A DNA stretch of 58,765 bases from Candidatus Eiseniibacteriota bacterium. Its GTDB lineage: Bacteria > Eisenbacteria > RBG-16-71-46 > DASYSL01. Shown one piece after another: positions 29,937 to 39,260 of the stretch; the first letter of the stretch is position 1; every line of letters begins with the position of its first letter. The stretch covers positions 1-58,765 of the forward strand of contig JANOEH010000089.1 in NCBI GenBank assembly GCA_031413115.1, read 5' to 3'. The notes below the pieces were generated by a model. The model made no database searches and was not told where the DNA came from. It saw only the letters and a program-made list of their open reading frames with translations. The translations under genes and the position numbers were made by a program.

Positions 29937-30728
29937 TTATCGATAGTGCGCCTTCACACCGCCCCAGCTCTTCGGCAGTGCGGCCACGACGCCCGTCTTG
30001 AACGACGGCACGCACAGCCACTTGTCCTCGACCAGCTGGATGGACCAGAACCCGAACTGGTCCTGGGTGACGACCTGCCGGGGCTGCGACGGCGGCGTCT
30101 TCGTGATGTCGTAGCAGACCAGGTGCGCCTCGGGATCCTCGATGGGGTACTGCCCGGTCGGGTCCTGCTTCTCGACGGGATTGCAGAACCAGCGGGCCGA
30201 GTCGACGAACGCCTGGTTGAACCCGAACTGGTCCTCGAGCGTGACGATGCGCCCCGGCCCCGGCGCGATCGCCTCGTAGCACTTGTAGTGATTGCGATGC
30301 GGGATCACCTGCCCGGGCACGGGGAACTTGAGGCTCGGCGCGAGCAGGAAGCGCCCAGGGCCCACCCGCAGCTGCTGCTCGGGACCGAACTGGTTGGTGG
30401 CGAAGACCAGGGCCGCGTGCGGCTGGGGATCGATCCGCCACCAGTCGTAGTGCAGGACCGGGTCGAACATCGCGACGCCGTCCTTCGACACGGGTGTGGC
30501 GAAGTACGGGAACTCGCGCACCAGGTGCGTGGCGATCCCGAACTGGTCGCGCAACACCACGGGCACCTGGTGAAGCGGCGGCGGCAGCACGGCGTAGACC
30601 TTGTAGTGGTCGATACCCGGGGGGCCGCCCGTGCCCTGGGCGTGGGCCGGGGCGGCGGCGGCGAGGAAGCACAGCGCGGCAAGCAACGCGATGCGCGCGC
30701 CGCGGGAGAATTGTTCGCGAGATGGCAT
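29937..30728 (-). CDS. Secreted protein with duplicated HYKxY/DQFG module and TWG tail
   Basis: Signal peptide ending AHA; two copies of HYKxY..V.L.DQFG..PV.K..H....QFG..PS.K; ends VAALPKSWGGVKAHYR. Confidence 0.85.
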   Translation of the reverse strand: MPSREQFSRGARIALLAALCFLAAAAPAHAQGTGGPPGIDHYKVYAVLPPPLHQVPVVLRDQFGIATHLVREFPYFATPVSKDGVAMFDPVLHYDWWRIDPQPHAALVFATNQFGPEQQLRVGPGRFLLAPSLKFPVPGQVIPHRNHYKCYEAIAPGPGRIVTLEDQFGFNQAFVDSARWFCNPVEKQDPTGQYPIEDPEAHLVCYDITKTPPSQPRQVVTQDQFGFWSIQLVEDKWLCVPSFKTGVVAALPKSWGGVKAHYR

Positions 30729-30945
30729 GACGGAACTCCGGAGTGGAGGTCGGTCCGTGCCGCGTCCGATGGTTTCCGGCGACGTGGAGAGGCGACCCCG
30801 CGCGCGGCGGGGAATCGGGACGTCTCTGGGACGGGATGCGGATGGAGGGTTGCGGGTCCCGGGAACCGCCGAGAACAATGCGCCGATTCTCCGCGCCGTC
30901 CAACTCTTTTTCGGCCCGTCGGCAAGACCTTGCAGTGCAGCAGCT

Positions 30946-32412
30946 TCAAGCCACGGGCACGCCCCCCGTCAGCCACGCGAGGACGTCGAGCGTCGAGTAG
31001 TGGTCGCGCCCGGCCAGGAACCCGCCGAGGATCTTGAGGTCGTCTCCGCTGGTCACCAGCGGTGGCTCGACCGCCCCGTCAGCTCGCACCTGCGGGTGCC
31101 CCACGGTGGCGACCAGCGTGTTGCACAGGCAGCGCCGGCCCGCGGTCTCCTCGGCCGCGCCGCCCTTCCACACGAACAGGTCCTCCGGTTCGCTGGCGCA
31201 GCGGAAGCCGACGCGTCCCTCGGGCGTCACGTAGGCCACGCGCAGGTAGCCGAGGTCGCACACGCGCTCGCGCTCGACGCCCTGCGCCGGATCCGCAGGC
31301 CACTTGACGATCTTGAACGGGTAGCCGGTCGGCGACGCCTCGGCATCGGTGAAGACGTCGACCTCGTCGCGCGCAACGGCGGCGAGCACGGAGCGCTTGA
31401 TCGCGGGCGCCATGCCCGACTCGTCGCTGAACGCGAACAGCGTTCCCACCTGGATCCCGGCCGCGCCGTGGGCGAGCGCCTCGCGCAGGCGATCGGGGTG
31501 GCCCGCGCCGCCCGCGAGCCAGAACGGCAGGCCGAGTTCGCGCATCTTCGCCAGGTCGACCTCGTCGCGCGGGCCGTAGACCGGCTCGCCGCGGTCGTTG
31601 CGCGGCACCTCGGTCCGCGGCGGCGCATTGTGGCCGCCCGCGGTCGGACCCTCGATGACGAACCCGTCGACTTGCCCGGTCGCCTTCTTCGCCAGCACGG
31701 TGGCGAGCGAGTGGCTGGCGACGATCGGCAGGAAGCGTGGCCGCGTCAGCGATTCCGGCGCAGCGCCCAGATGATCGGCGGGATCGAAGCGCAGGAGTTC
31801 GAGGCCGGCGGGCGCTTCCCCTTCGATCTCGAGCTTGAGCGTCGCGGGCCGGTGCGCGGCGAGAGCATCGAGCACGCCCGGGATCTCGCGCGGGATGCCC
31901 GCACCCATGAGGATGAAGTCGACGCCCGCGAGCATGGCCCCGTAGAGCAGCGGCAGGTTCGCCAGTTGCACCTTGGTCAGCAGGTTCATGCCGACAACGC
32001 CGTCGTGGCCTTCCTTCGCCAGCCACACCTCGACGAACGCGGCAAGCATCGACATCCGCTGGCGGGCGAGATCGAGCGGCAGGCGCAGGAGCGGCAGCAG
32101 TCGATACGGCGTGCCCGCCAGCAGGCCGCCCTCGACGAAGAACTTCGCGAGCACCTCGCTGGCCACGCCCGGCACGGGGAAGTGCGTCATGGCGCGACGG
32201 AGGTGTCCGCCCTCGTCACCGTCCTGCAGACGCCGTACGACGATGGTCTCGAGACCGGTCCCCGAGACGACGCCGAGCTGCCCGGCGCGGGAGACGGTCC
32301 GGGCGAGGCGCCAGCCGGAGACACCGATCCCCATGCCTCCCTGGATGATGCGAGGAAGCGAACGAGTGGCGTGGTCGGCACGGGAATCTGGGTTGGGGAA
32401 TTCAGGCGGCAT
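30946..32412 (-). CDS. Nitronate monooxygenase / FabK-like flavoenzyme
   Basis: IIQGGMGIGVS, ILMGAGIP, EGPTAGGHNAP, WLAGG, IQVGTLFA; C-terminal Cys residues. Confidence 0.88.
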   Translation of the reverse strand: MPPEFPNPDSRADHATRSLPRIIQGGMGIGVSGWRLARTVSRAGQLGVVSGTGLETIVVRRLQDGDEGGHLRRAMTHFPVPGVASEVLAKFFVEGGLLAGTPYRLLPLLRLPLDLARQRMSMLAAFVEVWLAKEGHDGVVGMNLLTKVQLANLPLLYGAMLAGVDFILMGAGIPREIPGVLDALAAHRPATLKLEIEGEAPAGLELLRFDPADHLGAAPESLTRPRFLPIVASHSLATVLAKKATGQVDGFVIEGPTAGGHNAPPRTEVPRNDRGEPVYGPRDEVDLAKMRELGLPFWLAGGAGHPDRLREALAHGAAGIQVGTLFAFSDESGMAPAIKRSVLAAVARDEVDVFTDAEASPTGYPFKIVKWPADPAQGVERERVCDLGYLRVAYVTPEGRVGFRCASEPEDLFVWKGGAAEETAGRRCLCNTLVATVGHPQVRADGAVEPPLVTSGDDLKILGGFLAGRDHYSTLDVLAWLTGGVPVA

Positions 32413-32477
32413 GGCAGAGCTCTCCCGTTTCGACGGGGTCTGGATCCGCGTGCCGCGTTCGGGGGAACGACCTGAAG

Positions 32478-33653
32478 CTATCCGACTTCCCGGGGTCCGG
32501 GCAAGCCCGGCGTCGGCGAGTCCGCGCCGGCCGCCTGCGGGTACGTCCCGAGCACGCGCAGGTCCCGCACGCGCGGCCCGAGGTCGGCCAGCGCCGCTGC
32601 CACCGCCGCCGAGGCGGCATGCCCCTCGAGATCGAGGTGAAAGCGATAGCGGAACGGCTCGCCGGGCACGGGCCGCGACTCGAGCTTCGTCAGGTTCACG
32701 CCGTGCGCGGCCAGGGTGGTCAGCGCCTCGCCGAGCGCGCCGGGCCGGTGGTCGAGCGTCACCAGCAGCGAGGTCTTGCACAGCGCGTCCGCGGCGCACG
32801 CCACCGGATCGCGGGCGAGCTCGAGGAAGCGCGTGAAGTTCCCCTCCTGCGACTGGATGCCGCGGGCGAGCACGTCGAGTCCCCAGGTGCGCGCCGCCGC
32901 CTCCGAGGCGATCGCGCCGACCGTGCGGTCGCCGCCCTCCTTCACTTTGCGCGCCGCGCCGGCGGTGTCGAAGTCGGCCTCGGCGCGCACGCCGGGCAGG
33001 CCGCGCAGGAACGGCGCGCACTGCGCCAGGGCCTGCGGATGCGAACGCACGACGCGCAGTTCGTCGAGACGCACGCCCGGCAACGCCAGCAGGCAATGCG
33101 CGACGTGGCTCACAACTTCGGCGGTGATCACGAGGCCGCCGTCGGCGAGCAGGTCGTAGACCTCGTGCACGCTGCCAGCGGTCGTGTTCTCGATCGGCAG
33201 GAGCGCACGATCCGCCGCGCCCGAGACGACGGCGTGCGCGGCGGCGGCGAACGACTCGTGCCCCGCGAGCAGGGCCCCGCCCTCGCGTCCACCGTAACGG
33301 GCCTGCGCCGCCAGGTGGCTGTACGAGCCCTCGACTCCCTGGTAGGCGACCCGCAATGGTGCCCTCGCGTGCGCGGCGACCCACGCCTGCTGGTGTGCGA
33401 TCGACATGGCCATGATGCGGCGGTACAGGTCCTCGACGGCGTGGGCGTCGATCCCCTGCTCGCTCGCGAGCGCACGCACGCGGCGGATGACCTGTTCCTC
33501 GCGGACGGGATCGCGGAACGGCGCGGCGGCGTCGAGCTTCCACTGCGACACGCGTTCGACCAGGTCCATGCGCTCGCCCAGCAGGGCGATCAACCGCCCG
33601 TCGAGCCCCTCGATCGCCTCGCGAATCGCCTGGATGTCGTCGGGACCGCTCAC
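32478..33653 (-). CDS. pheA: Chorismate mutase / prephenate dehydratase
   Basis: CM_2 domain (IREAIEGLD...RDPVRE), VAYQGVEGSYS, PIENTTAG, SHPQAL, NFTRF, ACT motif NLTKLESRP; GTGA overlap with the NCS1 stop. Confidence 0.95.
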   Translation of the reverse strand: MSGPDDIQAIREAIEGLDGRLIALLGERMDLVERVSQWKLDAAAPFRDPVREEQVIRRVRALASEQGIDAHAVEDLYRRIMAMSIAHQQAWVAAHARAPLRVAYQGVEGSYSHLAAQARYGGREGGALLAGHESFAAAAHAVVSGAADRALLPIENTTAGSVHEVYDLLADGGLVITAEVVSHVAHCLLALPGVRLDELRVVRSHPQALAQCAPFLRGLPGVRAEADFDTAGAARKVKEGGDRTVGAIASEAAARTWGLDVLARGIQSQEGNFTRFLELARDPVACAADALCKTSLLVTLDHRPGALGEALTTLAAHGVNLTKLESRPVPGEPFRYRFHLDLEGHAASAAVAAALADLGPRVRDLRVLGTYPQAAGADSPTPGLPGPREVG

Positions 33654-35107
33654 CGCCGCCCGCGCATCAGCGCCAGGTAGACAGCACCGGCGAGCCCAAA
33701 GCCGAGGAACCACGCGTAGGCGTAGAGCCCCGTCCACAGCGCCCCGACCCCGCCGAATCGCGCCGGGAACGCCTGCGCGAGGAAGCCCGGCACGTTGGGC
33801 GCGATGCCGGCCGCGAGAGCGATCAACGCCGTCGGGTTGAATCCCTGCGCATACTCGTAGCGCCCCCCGCGGCGGTACAGGTCCCCGAGGTCGAGCCTTC
33901 GGCGGCGCAGCACGAAGTAGTCGGCGATCAGGATGCCACCGATCGGCCCCAGCAGCGCCGAGTACCCGACCAGCCACGTGAAGATGTAGCCCTGCGAACT
34001 CTTGAGCAGGTTCCACGGCATGATCAGCACGCCGATCACCGCCGTGATGATTCCGCCGGTACGGTACGAGATCCGCCGCGGCGCCAGGTTCGAGAAGTCG
34101 TTCGCCGGCGAGACCACGTTCGCCGCCAGGTTCGTCGTCAGCGTCGCGACGGTCAACGCGATCATCGACACGATCACCGCGATCGGCCCCCCGATCTTGG
34201 CCAGCAGCACGACCGGGTCCCAGATCACGCCGCCGCCCGGGAAGATGACCGCCGTCGCCGAGGTCACCGCCACGCCGATGAACGCGTACAGCGTCATCGT
34301 CGTCGGCAGCCCGGCCGCCTGGCCCACGATCTGGTCGCGCTGGCTCTTCGCATAACGCGTGAAGTCGGGGATGTTGAGCGACAGCGTCGCCCAGTAGCCG
34401 ATCATCGCCGTCAGCGCGGGGAAGAAGATGGGGAGGAAGGCCGCCGTCGTCGGAAACTTCGACGGCTGCGACAGCATCGGCCCGAAGCCCCCGGCGCGCA
34501 CCCAGGCCCAGCCCAGCAGCACGAGCCCCATGATGATGAGGAACGGAGCCGCGATCGACTCGAGTCCCTTGATCGACTCGGTCCCGTGCCAGATGAAGTG
34601 CAGGTTCATGAGCCAGAACAGGAGGAAGGCGAGGAACTCGCCGGTCCCCAGCCCGACCCAGCCGGGCAGGATGGCCGGCAGCGTCGCCACCGCGGGCCAG
34701 AGCACCTTGGTCAATTGAAAGATCGCGGCCCCGCCGATCCACGTCTGGATCCCGAACCACCCGCAGGCCACGAGCGCGCGCAACAGGGCGGGCACGTTCG
34801 CGCCGAGCACCCCGAACGAGGCGCGGGCGAACACCGGGAACGGAATGCCGTACTTCGTTCCGGCGTGCGCGTTGAGCAGCATGGGGATCAGCACGATCGA
34901 GTTGCCGAGAAGGATCGTGAAGATCGCCTGCTTCCACGACATTCCCGAGTCGATCAGGCCTGAGGCCAGCGTGTAGGTCGTGATGCACACCGACATGCCG
35001 ATCCACAGCGCGCAGTAGTGCCACCAGTTCCAGGTGCGCGCCGAGGCGGGGACGGGGGCAATGTCGGCGTTGATCAGCGACGGGTCGCTTCCCTCGATCG
35101 CGCTCAT
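33650..35107 (-). CDS. NCS1 nucleobase:cation symporter (uracil/pyrimidine permease)
   Basis: ALWIGM, KYGIPFPVFARASFG, WFGIQTW, WATLSLNIPDFTRY, NLAANVVSP; about 12 TM segments. Confidence 0.95.
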   Translation of the reverse strand: MSAIEGSDPSLINADIAPVPASARTWNWWHYCALWIGMSVCITTYTLASGLIDSGMSWKQAIFTILLGNSIVLIPMLLNAHAGTKYGIPFPVFARASFGVLGANVPALLRALVACGWFGIQTWIGGAAIFQLTKVLWPAVATLPAILPGWVGLGTGEFLAFLLFWLMNLHFIWHGTESIKGLESIAAPFLIIMGLVLLGWAWVRAGGFGPMLSQPSKFPTTAAFLPIFFPALTAMIGYWATLSLNIPDFTRYAKSQRDQIVGQAAGLPTTMTLYAFIGVAVTSATAVIFPGGGVIWDPVVLLAKIGGPIAVIVSMIALTVATLTTNLAANVVSPANDFSNLAPRRISYRTGGIITAVIGVLIMPWNLLKSSQGYIFTWLVGYSALLGPIGGILIADYFVLRRRRLDLGDLYRRGGRYEYAQGFNPTALIALAAGIAPNVPGFLAQAFPARFGGVGALWTGLYAYAWFLGFGLAGAVYLALMRGRR

Positions 35108-36441
35108 CGGTCGTGCAGGCCGCCGGGGACGTGCGCGGTGCCCTTTGCGATGCGGTCGTTCCACGACTCGAACGGCCGATCGCCGGTCACGTCCTTCATG
35201 GTGATGCAGCCGTCGACGGGGCAGACATGCGAGCACAGGTTGCAGCCGATGCACTCGGTCTCGTCCACCCACACGATGTGGGTCTTGCGCTCGGCGCTCC
35301 CGGCGATCGCCGCGTCGCGCGTCGGGGCGAGGTGGCCCGCGGCCAGCGGGTCGTCCGCGTTGTGGATGCAGTGCACGGCGGTGTCGCGGCAGGCGACGTA
35401 GCACAGGTTACAGCCCACGCACTTGTCGGCATCGACGTGGGCGACGACCTTGTAGTTGAGGTCGAGGTCGCCCCACTCGACGTAGGCCGGCAGCGCCTTT
35501 CCGCGCAGCTCGTTCACCGACTTCATGCCCTTGCCGTCGAGATAGGCCGACAGCCCGTCGATCATGTCCTCGACGATGCGGAAGCCGTAGTGCATCGCCG
35601 CCGTGCACACCTGCACCGAGGTGGACCCCAGGGCGATGAACTCGGCCGCGTCGCGCCACGTGGCGATCCCGCCGATGCCCGAGATCGGGATCGTGATCCG
35701 TGGATCGCGCCCCAGGGCGGCGACCATGTGCAGCGCGATCGGCTTGACCGCCGGGCCGCAGTAGCCGCCGTTGGTCGAGCGCATGCCGACGACCGGGTAC
35801 GGCACCAGCTTGTCGAGGTCGACGCCGACGATGCTCTTGATCGTGTTGATGAGCGACAGCCCGTGCGCGCCGGCCTCGACCGCGGCGGCGCCGGGCTCGG
35901 TGACGTCGCCGATGTTCGGCGTCAGCTTGATCAGCACCGGGATGCTCGAGAACTCGACGGCCCAGCCGGCGACGACCTTGAGCACCTCGGGCTCCTGCCC
36001 CACCGCCGAGCCCATGCCGCGCTCGCACATGCCGTGCGGGCAGCCGAAGTTGAGCTCGAGCCCGTCGCAACCGGTGTCGATCGTGCGCTTGATGATCTCC
36101 TTCCAGTCGTCCTTCGACTCGACCATGAGCGAGGCGATCAGCGCGCGATCGGGATAGCGCCGCTTCACTTCCTTGATCTCGCGCAGGTTGGTCTCCAGCG
36201 GGCGGTCGGTGATGAGCTCGATGTTATTGAAGCCCGCCATCTTCACGCCGCCCAGCGCGACAGCGCCGAAGCGACTGGAGGTGTCGACGATGGGCTCGCC
36301 CAGCGTCTTCCACACCGCGCCGCCCCAGCCGGCGTCGAAGGCACGCATCACCTGCTCGCCCGTGTTCGTCGGCGGCGCCGAGGCGAGCCAGAACGGGTTC
36401 GGGGACTTGATCCCCGCAAAGTCGATCGACAGGTCCGCCAT
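35104..36441 (-). CDS. preA: Dihydropyrimidine dehydrogenase subunit PreA
   Basis: NPFWLASAPPT, ELNFGCPHGM, KLTPN, GGYCGPAVKPIA, two C-terminal 4Fe-4S CxxCxxC motifs. Confidence 0.95.
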   Translation of the reverse strand: MADLSIDFAGIKSPNPFWLASAPPTNTGEQVMRAFDAGWGGAVWKTLGEPIVDTSSRFGAVALGGVKMAGFNNIELITDRPLETNLREIKEVKRRYPDRALIASLMVESKDDWKEIIKRTIDTGCDGLELNFGCPHGMCERGMGSAVGQEPEVLKVVAGWAVEFSSIPVLIKLTPNIGDVTEPGAAAVEAGAHGLSLINTIKSIVGVDLDKLVPYPVVGMRSTNGGYCGPAVKPIALHMVAALGRDPRITIPISGIGGIATWRDAAEFIALGSTSVQVCTAAMHYGFRIVEDMIDGLSAYLDGKGMKSVNELRGKALPAYVEWGDLDLNYKVVAHVDADKCVGCNLCYVACRDTAVHCIHNADDPLAAGHLAPTRDAAIAGSAERKTHIVWVDETECIGCNLCSHVCPVDGCITMKDVTGDRPFESWNDRIAKGTAHVPGGLHDR

Positions 36442-36522
36442 GCTGCGCGCTCCTCTCTGGATCCCGGGCCCGGTGTGCCGAAGGTCATTCCTTCCCTGGC
36501 AGACCGGAACATCCATGACCCA

Positions 36523-36547
36523 CAACCTATTATTTGCCAAATACTTA
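36523..36547. promoter_or_regulatory. AT-rich palindromic site between preT and preA
   Basis: CAACCTATTATTTGCCAAATACTTA, containing TATTTG-C-CAAATA; similar to 27344..27368. Confidence 0.45.
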
Positions 36548-36610
36548 CGACCACATGTCCGGAATACCATCCAGAATTCGGTAAATCCACTGGCCCCGGG
36601 GCGAGTCGTC

Positions 36611-37930
36611 TTACACGTGCCCGGCCTGCATCGGCGCATCCGCGTCGACCGTCAGGCCGCACGCCGCGGCGATCGCACGCGCCGCGCGCTTGCCGTCCTG
36701 CACGGCGGTCACGACCAGCTCGCCGACGCCGGTGCTGTCGCCCCCGGCGTAGACTTTCGGGTTCCCGGTCCGGCCGGTGAGCGGGTCGGCTACGATGCCG
36801 CCCTTCGGCCCGCACTTCACGTCGTCGAACCCGGCCACCACCGCGGCATCGGGCTTCGCCTGGCCGATCGCGACCAGAACCAGGTCCGCCTCGAGCTTCC
36901 GGCCGTCAGCCAGCACGAGTGCCGTGAGCGAGCCCGCTGCTCCGCGGGTGAAGATCGCGGGCACCGCGCGCTCGACCAGCCGCACGCCCTCCTCGCGCGC
37001 GTGCAGCAGCTCGTGCGCATACCCGGACATGTCGGCCTCGGTGCGGCGGTAGGCGAGGCTCACTTCGGGCACGCCCAGGTGGGCCAGCTCGCGCACGGCG
37101 TCGATCGCGGTATTGCCGCCGCCGACCACGACCGCCCGCTGGACGGCGCCCAGCGCGAAGCCCAACTCGTTCTTCAGGCGCTCGATCCACGCGGTCGCAC
37201 CGCTCACGCCCGGGCCATCCTCCCCGGGAATGCCCAGCTTCGCGTCGCCGCCCAGGCCCACGCCAAGGAACACGGCGTCGTAATCTTCCAGGAGCCTCGC
37301 TCCTGTGATATCGCGTCCGACCTCGACGCCGGTGCGGATGATCACGCCGAGCTCGCGCACCAGGTCCACCTCGCGCAGCGATCCGTCGACGTGCATCTTG
37401 TACGGTGCCACGCCGGTCGTGTTGAGTCCGCCGGCGAGCGCACGCTTCTCGAAGACGGTGACCGCGACGCCTTCGAGCGCGAGATAGCCCGCGCAGGCCA
37501 GCGACGCCGGCCCGGCGCCGACGCAGGCGACCTTCTTGCCGTTCGCGGGCTTCCTGCGCAGCAGCGTCGCCGCGTCGCCGCGCTCGAACGCTGCCTCCAC
37601 CGCATATCTCTGGAGTCGGCCGATCGCGATCGTCTCGTGGCCCTGGTGCTGGTGGACGCACGCGCCCGCGCACAGCACCTCGACCGGGCAGACCCGCGCA
37701 CACGAGTAGCCGAGCAGGTTCGCCGAGAGGATGGTGCGCGCGGAGCCCTTCAGGTTGTCGGTCGCGATCTTCCTGATGAAACCCGGGATGTCGATGCCCG
37801 TCGGGCACGCCGTGATGCACGGCGCGTCGTGGCAGTAGAGGCAGCGGTTCGCCTCGGCCACGGCCTGGCCCGGCGTGTACGTGGGCTTGAGGTCGGGAAG
37901 CGCGTGCTCCAGCCGATCGTCGTGGGCCAC
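36611..37930 (-). CDS. preT: Dihydropyrimidine dehydrogenase subunit PreT (GltD-like)
   Basis: EANRCLYCHDAPCITACP, CARVCP, VGAGPA, GGGNTAID, YAGGD. Confidence 0.93.
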   Translation of the reverse strand: MAHDDRLEHALPDLKPTYTPGQAVAEANRCLYCHDAPCITACPTGIDIPGFIRKIATDNLKGSARTILSANLLGYSCARVCPVEVLCAGACVHQHQGHETIAIGRLQRYAVEAAFERGDAATLLRRKPANGKKVACVGAGPASLACAGYLALEGVAVTVFEKRALAGGLNTTGVAPYKMHVDGSLREVDLVRELGVIIRTGVEVGRDITGARLLEDYDAVFLGVGLGGDAKLGIPGEDGPGVSGATAWIERLKNELGFALGAVQRAVVVGGGNTAIDAVRELAHLGVPEVSLAYRRTEADMSGYAHELLHAREEGVRLVERAVPAIFTRGAAGSLTALVLADGRKLEADLVLVAIGQAKPDAAVVAGFDDVKCGPKGGIVADPLTGRTGNPKVYAGGDSTGVGELVVTAVQDGKRAARAIAAACGLTVDADAPMQAGHV

Positions 37931-37934
37931 GTGC

Positions 37935-39260
37935 CTACGCCGCCTCGATCGCGGCGAGTCCCTCGCCGAGAATGCGCACCGCCTCGGCCACGTCCGCCTC
38001 GGATGCGATCATCGGCGGCGAGATGCGGGCCACGTTGCCGTAGAAGCCGCCCTTGCCGATCAGGAGGCCGCGCTGCTTCGTCTCCTCGAACAACTTCGCC
38101 AGCGCCTGCGGATTGGGCGTGCGGTCCTGCTTCGTCTCGTCGACGACGAACTCGACGCCGACCATGAGGCCCTTGCCGCGCACGTCGCCTATGATCCGCG
38201 GGTACGTGCGCTGGAGCCCGAGCAGGCCCTCGCGCAGCAGGCCGCCCACCTTCGTGGCGTTCGAGCGCAGGTCATGCTTCTCGATGACGCTGATCGTCGC
38301 GTTGCCCGCGGTGGCCGAGATCGGGTTGCCACCGAACGTCGAGATGGTGAGGGACTGGAGCGCGTCGGCGATCTCGGTCGTGCAGATCGTGGCCGAGAGC
38401 GGATAGCCGTTGGCGATGCCCTTGGCCATCGTCATGATCTCGGGCTCGACGTTCCAGTGTTCGATGCCCCACCACTTGTCGCCGGTGCGGCCGAAGCCGG
38501 TCTGGACCTCGTCGCAGATGAAGACGCCGCCGTACTTGCGGACGATGCCGACGGCGATCTCGAAGTACTCCTTCGGCGGCGTGACGAATCCGCCGACACC
38601 CTGGATCGGCTCGGCGATGAATCCGGCGATCCGGCCGGTCGTCGTCGTGCGGATGACCTCCTCGACGTCCTGCGCGCACCGTACGCCACACGACGGATAG
38701 GTGAGGCCGTACGGGCAGCGGTAGCAGTAGGGCGCGAGCGCGTGCTTGATGCCCGCGACCTGCGTCGGCAGCGCCCGCCAGTTCGAGTGTGCGGTGAGCG
38801 ACTGCGCGAGCATCGAGCGGCCCGAGTAGCCGTTCCGCAGGGCGATGATCTCGGTCCGCCCGGTGTGGAGCTGCGCCATCATCACGCCGGTCTCGTCGGC
38901 CTCGGTGCCCGACGCGGTGAAGTAGCACTTCTCGAGCTTGCCCGGCGTGATCGACGCCAGCTTCTCGGCCAGCTCGACGATGGGCAGCGTGGGGTACAGC
39001 GTCGAGACGTGGCCCAGCCGGTCGATCTGCGCCTTGACCGCGGTGTTCACGTCGTCGTTGCAGTGACCCACGGACACGGTGAGGATGCCGCCGAAGAAGT
39101 CGAGATAGCTCTTCCCGTCGAGGTCGGTCACGCGCATGCCCTTGCCCTCGGAGAGGACGACGGACTCGGCGTAGTAGTTGGTGCAAGCCGGGAACAGGTG
39201 CTTCTTGTGCGCGGCGCGGATGTCGGCCGCGCTGCGTGTCGCCTCGGTCTTCGCGCTCAT
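37935..39260 (-). CDS. Class III aminotransferase (beta-alanine--pyruvate / AGXT2-like)
   Basis: YLDFFGGI, SGTEADE, AEPIQGVGG, DEVQTGFGRTG, MAKGIANG; ATGA overlap with hydA. Confidence 0.92.
   Translation of the reverse strand: MSAKTEATRSAADIRAAHKKHLFPACTNYYAESVVLSEGKGMRVTDLDGKSYLDFFGGILTVSVGHCNDDVNTAVKAQIDRLGHVSTLYPTLPIVELAEKLASITPGKLEKCYFTASGTEADETGVMMAQLHTGRTEIIALRNGYSGRSMLAQSLTAHSNWRALPTQVAGIKHALAPYCYRCPYGLTYPSCGVRCAQDVEEVIRTTTTGRIAGFIAEPIQGVGGFVTPPKEYFEIAVGIVRKYGGVFICDEVQTGFGRTGDKWWGIEHWNVEPEIMTMAKGIANGYPLSATICTTEIADALQSLTISTFGGNPISATAGNATISVIEKHDLRSNATKVGGLLREGLLGLQRTYPRIIGDVRGKGLMVGVEFVVDETKQDRTPNPQALAKLFEETKQRGLLIGKGGFYGNVARISPPMIASEADVAEAVRILGEGLAAIEAA

Noticed and set aside
32478-35024. 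Apparent 848-aa PheA and 865-aa nitronate monooxygenase (30946..33543)
   Set aside because: The extensions are alternative frames over NCS1 and pheA. Family similarity starts at 33653 and 32412.
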